The notes beneath the pieces are model-generated. The model ran no database searches. It saw nothing but the letters and a program-made list of their open reading frames with translations, and was not told where the DNA came from. 32,000 bases of DNA from Burkholderiaceae bacterium (GTDB lineage: Bacteria > Pseudomonadota > Gammaproteobacteria > Burkholderiales > Burkholderiaceae_C): assembly GCA_965234775.1 (NCBI GenBank), contig OZ248562.1. The stretch is one strand, 5' to 3'. Every line of letters starts with the position of its first letter. Positions within the stretch are counted from its first letter, which is position 1. A program made the translations under genes and the position numbers. Shown here piece by piece: positions 24,156-31,445 of this stretch.

Positions 24156-25294
24156 CGCTCCACCGGCCTTTGCTTGGGCCTCTGGGCCGGGTTGACCGAT
24201 ACCGACAAGGGGCTGCCCCCACGCTCAATCGACAAAGAGGCGGTCACACCGGGTTTCAGCGCCGCAATCGCAGCCAGCAATTGATCGACGTTTTCGACCG
24301 TTTTGCCATCCACACCCAACAACACATCGCCTGGGCGTACCCCGGCCTTGAATGCTGGGCCGTTTTGCAGCACACCGGTGACCACCACGCCTTGCAAGCG
24401 AGATATGCCAAAGGACTCGGCCAACTCGGGGGTCAGGTCATTGGGCTCCACGCCCACCCAACCGCGCACCACGACACCGTTTTTCACAATGCCTTCCAAC
24501 ACCTGGCGGGCGGTGGAGACGGGAATGGCAAAACCAATGCCCATGTTGCCGCCCGAGCGCGAATAAATGGCGGTGTTGATGCCCATCAAATGGCCTTGGA
24601 TGTCCACCAATGCGCCACCTGAATTACCGGGGTTGATGGCCGCATCGGTTTGGATGAAATTTTCAAAGGTATTGATGCCCAGCCGATTGCGCCCCAAAGC
24701 AGACACGATGCCGCTGGTCACGGTTTGACCCACGCCAAACGGGTTGCCAATGGCCAGCAAGCGGTCGCCCACTTGCAACTCATCCGAATTGCCCCAAACG
24801 ATGACAGGTAATTTGTCGAGTTTGATTTTGAGCACGGCCAAATCGGTGTCGGGGTCGGTGCCAATCACTTGGGCTTGGGTGCGGCGGCCATCGTGCAACA
24901 CGATTTCAATTTGCTCGGCCCCCTCCACCACATGGTTATTGGTCAACACATAGCCCTCGGGGCTGACGATCACCCCACTGCCCATGCCCCCTTGGGGTGC
25001 TTCATCTTGGTCGCCATAAAAAAACTTGAACCATGGGTCTTTGGCATGCGGATTGGGTCCTGCTGCGCGCGAGGTGCTGATGCTCACCACAGCCGGTGCC
25101 GCTTGACGTGCGGCGGGGCTGAAACTGCCCACTGCAACGGCACCCGGGGCAGCTGCGGGCGCTTGCAGCAAATGCACCGCGCCCGACCAATTGCCTCCCG
25201 TGCCCACCCATTGGGGCTTGAGCGTGACCAATACAAACCAAATGGCCAACAACACCGTGACCACCTGGGAGAAGATGAGCCAGTAGCGCTTCAT
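24152..25294 (-). CDS. Periplasmic serine endoprotease, DegS/AlgW-like (S1C, single PDZ)
   Basis: N-terminal anchor. Catalytic triad context TNNHVV, DLAVLKI, GNSGGAL. One PDZ domain at the C-terminus. ATGA overlap with the downstream gene. Confidence 0.85.
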   Translation of the reverse strand: MKRYWLIFSQVVTVLLAIWFVLVTLKPQWVGTGGNWSGAVHLLQAPAAAPGAVAVGSFSPAARQAAPAVVSISTSRAAGPNPHAKDPWFKFFYGDQDEAPQGGMGSGVIVSPEGYVLTNNHVVEGAEQIEIVLHDGRRTQAQVIGTDPDTDLAVLKIKLDKLPVIVWGNSDELQVGDRLLAIGNPFGVGQTVTSGIVSALGRNRLGINTFENFIQTDAAINPGNSGGALVDIQGHLMGINTAIYSRSGGNMGIGFAIPVSTARQVLEGIVKNGVVVRGWVGVEPNDLTPELAESFGISRLQGVVVTGVLQNGPAFKAGVRPGDVLLGVDGKTVENVDQLLAAIAALKPGVTASLSIERGGSPLSVSVNPAQRPKQRPVER

Positions 25295-25300
25295 GCGGTG

Positions 25301-26092
25301 TCAAGCCTCGGGTGGCTTCTCGGCGTCAGGGGCTTGGGTGTGGCGAATGAACAGCTTTGCCGCCCAAATGCCCACTTCGTACAACACACACATGGGTATG
25401 GCCAAGGCCAATTGCGACACCACATCGGGGGGGGTCACGATGGCCGCAATGACAAAGGCCAACACCACAAAATAAGAGCGAAATGCTTTGAGCTTTTCGA
25501 TCGACACCACATTCATGCGGGCCAACACAATCACCACAATGGGCACCTCAAACGCCATGCCAAACGCCAAAAACATGGTCAGCACAAAGCTGAGATAGGC
25601 CTCGATGTCAGGCGCCGCCGTGATGCTTTTGGGGGCAAAGCTTTGGATGAAGGCAAACACCTGGCCAAAGACAAAAAAGTAGCAAAACGCCACACCCAAA
25701 AAGAACAAAAAGGTGCTCGACACCACCAGCGGGAACACCAGCTTTTTCTCGTGCGTGTACAAACCCGGCGCTACAAACGCCCACATTTGGTACAGCACCA
25801 CCGGCAAGGCCAACAAAAAAGCGGCCATCAGCAATATCTTGAGCGGCACCAAAAACGGCGAGATCACCGAGGTGGCGATCATCGTGGCACCTGCAGGCAA
25901 CTGGGCCACCAATGGGGCGGCCAAGATGTCATAAAGTGGGCCGGGGCCAGGGTAAAGGGACAAGGCAATGGCAAAAACCGCAATGGCAATCACCGCCTTG
26001 ATCAAGCGGTCGCGCAGCTCAATGAGGTGCTGCACAAAGGGCTGCTCGGAGCCGGCCAGTTCGTCTTCCGGTTTGGTGCTGGGGTCAGACAT
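25301..26092 (-). CDS. tatC: Twin-arginine translocase subunit TatC
   Basis: Six-TM protein with QPFVQHLIELRDRL N-terminus. Follows tatA-tatB. Confidence 0.95.
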   Translation of the reverse strand: MSDPSTKPEDELAGSEQPFVQHLIELRDRLIKAVIAIAVFAIALSLYPGPGPLYDILAAPLVAQLPAGATMIATSVISPFLVPLKILLMAAFLLALPVVLYQMWAFVAPGLYTHEKKLVFPLVVSSTFLFFLGVAFCYFFVFGQVFAFIQSFAPKSITAAPDIEAYLSFVLTMFLAFGMAFEVPIVVIVLARMNVVSIEKLKAFRSYFVVLAFVIAAIVTPPDVVSQLALAIPMCVLYEVGIWAAKLFIRHTQAPDAEKPPEA

Positions 26093-26101
26093 GGTGGGCC
26101 T

Positions 26102-26563
26102 TTAGCCTAGGCGCTGCGGGCGAAACCGCGCCACCCGCGCTGCACCCGACAAAGCCTTGCTGCGAATGCCGTGGCGGGCTTTGTACCACTGGGGGGCAGC
26201 CCCTTGCTTGATGCGCCACTTTTTCTTGGGGTGGGCGTATTCGGGGTAAACCACCTCTGGGGTGTAAGACACGGTGTCCAGGCCTGCGGTCGCTGATTGC
26301 CAGTCTTTTTCAAAGTCAGTGCTGGCGGTATGGACCTGGGTTTCCACGTCGCGGGCAGCCGACTCGACGGTTTCCTTCATCTTTTTGAGCTCTTCCAGGT
26401 CCATCGAACGATTGACCTCGGCTTTCACGTCAGACACATAACGCTGTGCTTTGCCCACCAAGGCACCCAGGGTGCGCGCCATCTTGGGCAACTTTTCAGG
26501 GCCAATGACGATCAATGCCACCGCGCCGATCAGCGCTATTTTGGAAACACCCAGGTCGATCAC
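26102..26563 (-). CDS. tatB: Twin-arginine translocase subunit TatB
   Basis: [34 protein letters not shown]-terminus. Confidence 0.9.
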   Translation of the reverse strand: MIDLGVSKIALIGAVALIVIGPEKLPKMARTLGALVGKAQRYVSDVKAEVNRSMDLEELKKMKETVESAARDVETQVHTASTDFEKDWQSATAGLDTVSYTPEVVYPEYAHPKKKWRIKQGAAPQWYKARHGIRSKALSGAARVARFRPQRLG

Positions 26564-26572
26564 GGCATTCGA

Positions 26573-26827
26573 TCAGAGCTTGGGACGGGCTTCGACGTCA
26601 ATGGTGTTTTTGTCAGCCGCAGGGCTGGCGGCAGCCACTTGGGCCGCAGGGGCGGCGGTTTTGTCTTCAGCGGGCGCAGCGCCAGGTTGGCCGTCTTTCA
26701 CGCCATCTTTGAAGCCTTTGACGGCACCACCCAAGTCTGCGCCAATGTTCTTGAGCTTTTTGGTGCCAAACACCAGCACCACGATCAACAACACGATCAA
26801 CCAGTGCCAAACGGAAAACGATCCCAT
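26573..26827 (-). CDS. tatA: Twin-arginine translocase subunit TatA
   Basis: [41 protein letters not shown]-terminus. Confidence 0.9.
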   Translation of the reverse strand: MGSFSVWHWLIVLLIVVLVFGTKKLKNIGADLGGAVKGFKDGVKDGQPGAAPAEDKTAAPAAQVAAASPAADKNTIDVEARPKL

Positions 26828-26890
26828 GGATATCTCCTCAACAATCCGGCGATTCTAGTGGGCTGGAGACACCACCCAAGACCGAGGGGC

Positions 26891-27250
26891 TTATCCCCGC
26901 AACCAGGGGCGCGGGCCGCCCATCACGTGAAAGTGCATGTGATGAACCTCTTGCCCGCCTTCCGTCCCGGTGTTGGTGACGATGCGAAAGCCACCCTCAG
27001 GGTACGGGCGGGCCCCTTGCTCCAAGGCCAGCTTGGGCGCCAGCAACAAAATACGCCCCAATAGGGCCTGGTGCTCGGGTTCCACCTGCGCCATGGACGG
27101 GATGTGTGCCTTGGGAATGATCAAAAAATGCACCGGCGCCCAGGGGTTGATGTCGTGGAAGGCGAAAATCTCTTCGTCCTCGTAAACCTTTTTGCTCGGT
27201 ATCTTGCCGGCAACGATTTTGCAAAAGATGCAGTTGGGGTCGGTGTGCAT
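26891..27250 (-). CDS. Histidine triad (HIT) nucleotide-binding protein
   Basis: CIFCKIVAGKIP and the HIT motif HHMHFHVMGG. Start at MHTDPN (27250). Confidence 0.85.
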   Translation of the reverse strand: MHTDPNCIFCKIVAGKIPSKKVYEDEEIFAFHDINPWAPVHFLIIPKAHIPSMAQVEPEHQALLGRILLLAPKLALEQGARPYPEGGFRIVTNTGTEGGQEVHHMHFHVMGGPRPWLRG

Positions 27251-27314
27251 GGTGAGTTTGGAGTGGATCGCCACGTCGCTTCGCACCTCGCGATGACGGG
27301 CTAAATGAACAAGT

Positions 27315-27683
27315 TTAATCTTCGCCGGCTTCACGGGCTTGCGCTTTGCGCAAGGCTTTTTCTTCCAAACCGCTCAAGCCTTCGCGGCGCGACAGCTCTT
27401 GCAACACATCCTCGGAGGTCAGGCCGTAATGCGCCAGCGCCACCAAGCTGTGGAACCACAGGTCGGCCATCTCGCCCACCAACTTGTGCGGGTCGCCGCC
27501 GTGGTCCAAGTCTTTGGCGGCCATCACCACCTCGGTGGCCTCTTCGCCAATTTTCTTCAAAAACGCGTCGGGGCCTTTGTGCAGCAACCTCGCCACATAG
27601 CTGGTGTCGGGGTTGCCGCCGTTGGCCGCTTTGCGGCTTTCAATGACCGCGGCCAAGCGGGCCAAGGTGTCGTCAGAGCTCAT
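27315..27683 (-). CDS. hisE: Phosphoribosyl-ATP pyrophosphatase
   Basis: [12 protein letters not shown]...SYVARLL.KG.D...[15 protein letters not shown]...E.ADLWFH. ATGA overlap with the hisI stop. Confidence 0.9.
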   Translation of the reverse strand: MSSDDTLARLAAVIESRKAANGGNPDTSYVARLLHKGPDAFLKKIGEEATEVVMAAKDLDHGGDPHKLVGEMADLWFHSLVALAHYGLTSEDVLQELSRREGLSGLEEKALRKAQAREAGED

Positions 27684-28090
27684 GGTTTGGCCTTGTAAAT
27701 GGTGGCGGGGTCTTGTAACACCGGCTCGACGCTCAACCACTGGCCGCCGTCGGGGCTGGTTTGCCAGCGTTGGTAAAAGCAGCTGTGGCGGCCGGTGTGG
27801 CAGGCAATGCTCGGGTCGTGGCCGGTTTGGGTGACGCTGAGCAAAATCACGTCGTTGTCGCAATCGAGGCGGATGTCGTGCACAGTTTGCACATGGCCCG
27901 ACTCTTCGCCCTTGAACCAAAGCTTGCCCCGTGAACGGCTGAAATACACCGCGCGGCCGAGTTCTGCAGTTTTTTGCAGCGCCTCGCGGTTCATCCACGC
28001 AAACATCAGCACGTCTTTGCTGCCCTGCTCTTGCGCGATGACCGGCACCAAGCCTTGGGCGTCCCATTTGATAGTGTCTAACCAATTCAT
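27680..28090 (-). CDS. hisI: Phosphoribosyl-AMP cyclohydrolase
   Basis: [21 protein letters not shown]...[10 protein letters not shown]...[18 protein letters not shown]...DCDNDVILL...CHTG. The track ORF extends further upstream but homology begins at 28090. Confidence 0.9.
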   Translation of the reverse strand: MNWLDTIKWDAQGLVPVIAQEQGSKDVLMFAWMNREALQKTAELGRAVYFSRSRGKLWFKGEESGHVQTVHDIRLDCDNDVILLSVTQTGHDPSIACHTGRHSCFYQRWQTSPDGGQWLSVEPVLQDPATIYKAKP

Positions 28091-28235
28091 AGGGGGAGAT
28101 GTTAAGGGCATCGCTAGATCCGGAAATGAAGGCCTTTTGCCCATTTCAGTTTCCATCGCCGCCAAGGAGATTGGCTTCACATTCAAGGAAATAGCTTTTA
28201 CAATACCTGATCAACTACCTGAACAGGTCCAGACC

Positions 28236-28490
28236 ATGCAAGTCATCAGTTACACCGACGCCCGCAACTCGCTCAAAGCCGTGATTGACAAGGTCATAGA
28301 CGATCAAGCGCCCACGTTGATTCACCGCCGCGAAGGAGGCAATGCAGTGCTGATGTCTGAAGAGGCTTACGCCAGCATGCAGGAAACTTTTTATTTGATG
28401 TCCAACCCAGCCAATGCTCGCGCCCTGCTACGTTCGATTGAACAGGCCAAAGCAGGAAAGGCCAAAAAGCGTCAGTTGTTGGATGTATGA
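28236..28490 (+). CDS. yefM: YefM/Phd-family antitoxin
   Basis: MQVISYTDARNSLKAVIDKVIDDQAPTLIHRREGGNAVLMSEEAYASMQETFYLMSNPANA closely parallels E. coli YefM. Its start sits inside a long antisense-of-hisI ORF in the track. Confidence 0.9.
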   Translation: MQVISYTDARNSLKAVIDKVIDDQAPTLIHRREGGNAVLMSEEAYASMQETFYLMSNPANARALLRSIEQAKAGKAKKRQLLDV

Positions 28491-28750
28491 GGGAGATCCA
28501 CTTCACCCCTGATGGGTGGGACGCCTATGTGTGGTGGCAAGGTCAGGATCGCAAAACCCTCAAGCGCATCAACACGCTGATCAACGCCGCTTGCCGAGAA
28601 CCCTTTACCGGCATTGGCAAACCAGAACCCTTGGTGGGTAACTTGTCAGGCTATTGGTCTCGCCGAATTGATGACACCCATCGGCTGGTTTACGAAGCCG
28701 ATGATGCGGCGGTACTCATCATCGCTTGTCGGTTTCATTACGATAAATGA
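28487..28750 (+). CDS. yoeB: YoeB/Txe-family mRNA interferase toxin
   Basis: WDAYVWWQGQDRKTLKRINTLI...EPFTGIGKPEPL..NLSGYWSRRIDDTHRLVY...IIACRFHY parallels E. coli YoeB. 4-nt overlap with yefM. Confidence 0.9.
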   Translation: MREIHFTPDGWDAYVWWQGQDRKTLKRINTLINAACREPFTGIGKPEPLVGNLSGYWSRRIDDTHRLVYEADDAAVLIIACRFHYDK

Positions 28751-28756
28751 GCGGCC

Positions 28757-28763
28757 GTTAGGC
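28757..28763 (-). repeat. Isolated attC R''-type box (GCCTAAC on the minus strand) after hicB; the rest of the attC is missing
   Basis: GTTAGGC on the plus strand lies 8 nt beyond the hicB stop. The sequence beyond it runs straight into the 3' end of yoeB with no matching L''/L'/R' boxes. Confidence 0.35.
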
Positions 28764-28770
28764 AAGTAAC

Positions 28771-29103
28771 TCAGGACGCCACACGCAGCTGCAAAGCCTC
28801 TTGCGCCAGCAGGTTGATACTTTTGCCCTGGGCCTGCGCCGCAATGGCCAGTTGCTCATGCAACTCGGGTGAAATGCGAAGGTTAAATTTGCCCGAGAAA
28901 TTTCTTTTGGGCTCAATGCCTTTTTCCTGGCACACATCCAGAAAGACCTGCAAAGACTTTTTGAACTCTGTGCGCAACTCCTTGGGATTCTTTCCATAGA
29001 AGTCAGCCCCGCCATTGAGCCCGAGAATTTCCCCGCGAAACAGGTCTAGCTCTTCGTCGTATTCGATCTTGGCGTGATAGCCATCAACTGTCATGGTGTT
29101 CAT
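28771..29103 (-). CDS. hicB: HicB-family antitoxin (with C-terminal RHH-like DNA-binding segment)
   Basis: VDGYHAKIEYDEELDLFRGEILGLNGGADFYGKNPKELRTEFKKSL..FL..C.EKG.EP...FSGKFNLRISPELH is HicB-like. Start at MNTMTV (29103), with an ATGA overlap with the upstream hicA-like frame. Confidence 0.8.
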   Translation of the reverse strand: MNTMTVDGYHAKIEYDEELDLFRGEILGLNGGADFYGKNPKELRTEFKKSLQVFLDVCQEKGIEPKRNFSGKFNLRISPELHEQLAIAAQAQGKSINLLAQEALQLRVAS

Positions 29104-29254
29104 GGTTCTACTCCGTGCTGCTCTAGCCATTTACGAATGCTGGCGACAGCGCCTTTGTCGGTGTTGGGGGATGGGTGGGGTCTGTGAAACACCCTAACTT
29201 CTCCAAACAGCACCACCGCCACGCGGCTGCCTTCTCGCTCACTGACCTCTGCAT
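29100..29254 (-). pseudogene. hicA: Decayed hicA-like toxin gene (no in-frame start for the conserved part)
   Basis: The frame ending at TGA 29100-29102 reads LERYAEVSEREGSRVAVVLFGEVRVFHRPHPSPNTDKGAVASIRKWLEQHGVEP. This aligns by eye with E. coli HicA (...GSNHLKLRFHGRRSVMPRHP...LRKAILKQLGL). It is closed by a TAG inside attC at its 5' end. The only ATG (29254) is in another frame and terminates after 43 codons. Confidence 0.5.
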
Positions 29255-29344
29255 AACGTTCAAGCTAACCGGGCGGCGACGGCAGGACGCCAGACCGGGC
29301 CTGGTGGCCTGCCGTTGGCGCTCCGCTTGAGAGAGGGGTTAGGC
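29251..29344 (-). repeat. Integron attC site (94 bp) between the orphan cassette and the hicAB cassette
   Basis: Minus strand: GCCTAAC-CCCTC-TCTCAAGC...imperfect long palindrome (GGAGCGCCAACGGCAGG / CCTGCCGTCGCCGCCC)...GCTTGA-AC-GTTATGC. This gives R'', L'', L' and R' boxes with bulged bases. Confidence 0.65.
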
Positions 29345-29368
29345 CCCGCTCGCTGGGCATGACTGCGG

Positions 29369-29971
29369 CTAGCGAACATCTACTGTGTAGCCGGGCAAAT
29401 TCTTACGATAGTTGCGTATAAGTTCTACTACGCGTTCGATTGCCACCAAGTAGTCCTGTGCAGATTCAGGATTGGGGACTACCTGCGCATGCGCGACTTG
29501 ATTGCGCAACTGCCGAAGATTCTGAATCAGTTGTCTTGTTCCTAAGGGAAGTACATCGGAGTCCATGATTGCACGGTAGACCTTGGCTTGACTTTCAAGC
29601 GGATCAACCACGACCTGCGTTTGACGGCCCAGCTTGTGTAGCTCTCCGTCTAGGGTTGACCAGCTTTCAATAATGGCTGCGGTGGGTTCAGATCGAGCCG
29701 TAAGCAGCTTGGCTGTGGCCTCCTCAAAGCTATGCCTAGGCACTGATGCGGGAACATCTGGCACTTGCGCCTGCGGAGCTAGTTCAGCGGTTCCGACCAG
29801 CACCTGCTTGGTTGCGAGCTCAAACTCTGCTTCTAGTGGTCCTGCCTTCACCCGGCGTAAAGTAGGAATCAACTCAAGCAGCTTCTTTCGAAAAAGTAAT
29901 CCGAGAACAACGCCAGCAACTGGCCACGCAAGCGAGTCGATCAGCTTACTTGTGAATGTGAGCCAGTCCAT
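29369..29971 (-). CDS. Hypothetical cassette protein: N-terminal transmembrane helix plus C-terminal helical domain resembling DUF4145
   Basis: LIDSLAWPVAGVVLGLLF hydrophobic helix. C-terminal LIQNLRQLRNQVAHAQ...SAQDYLVAIERVVELI resembles the R-x-x-R-N-x-x-A-H signature I associate with DUF4145. Bounded by attC sites on both sides. Confidence 0.65.
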   Translation of the reverse strand: MDWLTFTSKLIDSLAWPVAGVVLGLLFRKKLLELIPTLRRVKAGPLEAEFELATKQVLVGTAELAPQAQVPDVPASVPRHSFEEATAKLLTARSEPTAAIIESWSTLDGELHKLGRQTQVVVDPLESQAKVYRAIMDSDVLPLGTRQLIQNLRQLRNQVAHAQVVPNPESAQDYLVAIERVVELIRNYRKNLPGYTVDVR

Positions 29972-30005
29972 GGTCTTTCGAGTCGCTGACGGTGGGTGAT
30001 GCGTG

Positions 30006-30083
30006 GCCTAACGTTGAAGTTAACCAGAAAATTGTGGATGGCGAAGCCAGCCGCAATTTGTCCGGTTGAACGACCAGTTAGGC
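30006..30083 (-). repeat. Integron attC site (78 bp) following the 5'-nucleotidase cassette
   Basis: Minus strand: GCCTAAC-TGGTC-GTTCAACC...GGTTAAC-TTCAAC-GTTAGGC. R''/R' are perfectly complementary. L'' carries an extra C relative to L', as in canonical attC top strands. The ORF stop TAA lies inside R''. Confidence 0.7.
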
Positions 30084-31052
30084 CTCAGGCTTAGGCGATG
30101 ATGCATTTAGCGGGGAATCCGAGCGGTACGGAACCTTTCCGGACGGGATGAATTTGGCTGCCGGGTCAAGGTGCAGATCTTGGTCGTCGAAGAAGATGTG
30201 CGCTCGAAACGCCTTTACTACCTTTGTCTTGTCGACTCCGCCAAGGAAGAAAATTTCGTTGACGTAGATGCCCCAGTGGCGAAGTGTCTTTATCACTCGC
30301 ATCTCAGCTGGAGAGTTCCTTGCGGTGACTATCGCGATTCGGACAGGCGAGAACTCAACACTGACCGTTAATCGTTTCTGCAGTCTCGCAAGCTTTCGAA
30401 GCAGTTGAGCGTAAGGGCCATCCTGCATTGGCTCATCTTGCTTGTTGTCCTCTGCCGTGTGGAAACCTTTCAGTCCCTCAATCTTGTAGACGATCTCGCT
30501 ACTTTCATCGAAGAGCACAGCATCGCCGTCGAAGGCGATTCGCACGTGATCATCCGGCAGTGGGGGTCGATCTGCTGGCGGAGGCTTGACGATCGCCGCT
30601 GCACAAAGCTTTCCATCAATTACCCGCTGTGCGTCCTTAACGTTCGTAGTCAGAAATAGGTCAACATCAAACGCATCTAGGTATTCGACTACGGACTCTC
30701 CGCCAGTGAATGCGTGACGTGAGATTGGCAGGCCTCGCTTTCGAATGTTGTTAAACACCTGCACGCCGGTCTCCGGACTATTTCGAGACATCACAACCAC
30801 TTCCACAAGTGGGTTCTTGTCGCCTTCCTGCTGAAAGCGGTTCAGCGCCAGCAGTGACTTGACCAACGGCATGGCCGTCCCATCGGCCAGGTCCTCTTTC
30901 TCGTGGTCGAGCATATAGGCTCGATACTCTACAACAGCTGTCTGACGGTCTTGCTCGAACTTGGCGCGGAAGACGGCATCGGCTGCTTTGAGGTCGAAGA
31001 GTGCCGTGGCTGCAATGCTAACGACGAGTGTGTCGGAAAGGTCAAGTGGCAT
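30078..31052 (-). CDS. Cytosolic 5'-nucleotidase IA (cN-IA)-family HAD-like nucleotidase, encoded as the first integron cassette
   Basis: LVVSIAATALFDL, VRIAFDGDAVLFDESSE, IAIVTARNSPAEMRVIKTLRHWG and HIFFDDQDLH align by eye with human NT5C1A motifs (VAFDGDAVLFSDESE, YLVTARSA...ALKTLRSWG, HIFFDDQ). Start at MPLDLS (31052); a GTG at 31088 is the alternative. Confidence 0.85.
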   Translation of the reverse strand: MPLDLSDTLVVSIAATALFDLKAADAVFRAKFEQDRQTAVVEYRAYMLDHEKEDLADGTAMPLVKSLLALNRFQQEGDKNPLVEVVVMSRNSPETGVQVFNNIRKRGLPISRHAFTGGESVVEYLDAFDVDLFLTTNVKDAQRVIDGKLCAAAIVKPPPADRPPLPDDHVRIAFDGDAVLFDESSEIVYKIEGLKGFHTAEDNKQDEPMQDGPYAQLLRKLARLQKRLTVSVEFSPVRIAIVTARNSPAEMRVIKTLRHWGIYVNEIFFLGGVDKTKVVKAFRAHIFFDDQDLHLDPAAKFIPSGKVPYRSDSPLNASSPKPEA

Positions 31053-31208
31053 GGTTTGTTCTCTGAGGCCTAAAGTGATGTAGACCACAAAACCCTGTTC
31101 ATACCTCCGACCAGATTCGACACATCAGTTTGATGCAATGCCTGCAAGCCGCGTTCGCTATGGCTCAGCGGTTCATGAACTGTGAATTCATAAAGATAAA
31201 AATTTGCC

Positions 31209-31310
31209 ATGAAAGTCAGTGCCCCTTCCTTGCAGTTCACCCGCTTACTTGACCAGCTGCACGAGTGCTTGCGTTATGGGCACTATAGCTTCAAAATGTG
31301 TATTAATTAG
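31209..31310 (+). pseudogene. intI: Integron integrase (IntI) N-terminal remnant, about 29 homologous codons followed by an unrelated AT-rich tail and a stop
   Basis: MKVSAPSLQFTRLLDQLHECLRYGHYSFK parallels IntI N-termini (IntI1 ...[24 protein letters not shown]). Similarity ends at ~31295 and the frame stops at 31308-31310. Orientation is divergent from the cassettes, as in integrons. Confidence 0.6.
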
Positions 31311-31445
31311 CTCAATTAAGTGAATATTTATATTATTTATGAATCAATAATTATTCGGAATCTCTGTGTCTTTTAAGGCCCATCAGTGGGGTCAAACGCC
31401 AGCACCCTGTGTATGAAGAAAGGCTATCGGCTCAACCCAACCAAC

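Larger units (their letters stand above)
28757..31310 (-). mobile_element. Degenerate chromosomal integron (intI remnant, attI-like junction, three cassettes) inserted between hisF and hisI
   Basis: A divergent intI N-terminal fragment at 31209. Junction TTTAGGC at 31068-31074 (minus strand). Two complete attC sites plus one R'' stub. All cassette ORFs lie on the strand matching the attC top-strand polarity. Confidence 0.65.

Noticed and set aside
22632-24284. 550-aa ORF on the plus strand across pdxA and the Nif3-like gene
   Set aside because: It is antisense to two well-supported genes, has low-complexity Ala/Arg/Ser/Thr-rich translation, and has no RBS or domain signature.
24869-26110. 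413-aa ORF on the plus strand across the DegS-like gene and tatC
   Set aside because: It is antisense to genes with clear catalytic and TM motifs. His/Arg/Gly/Gln-rich translation is a GC-skew artefact.
27315-28085. 256-aa minus-strand ORF spanning hisE and most of hisI in a different frame
   Set aside because: Only the C-terminal 122 codons (from MSSDD at 27683) are HisE-like. The upstream part is an Arg/Pro-rich out-of-frame read through hisI.
28075-28109. GTCTAAC (28075-28081) and GTTAAGG (28103-28109) near the hisI start as a possible fourth attC
   Set aside because: The boxes are only ~20 nt apart, one lies in the conserved hisI N-terminal codons (WLD), GTTAAGG violates the GTTRRRY consensus, and no palindromic arms lie between them.
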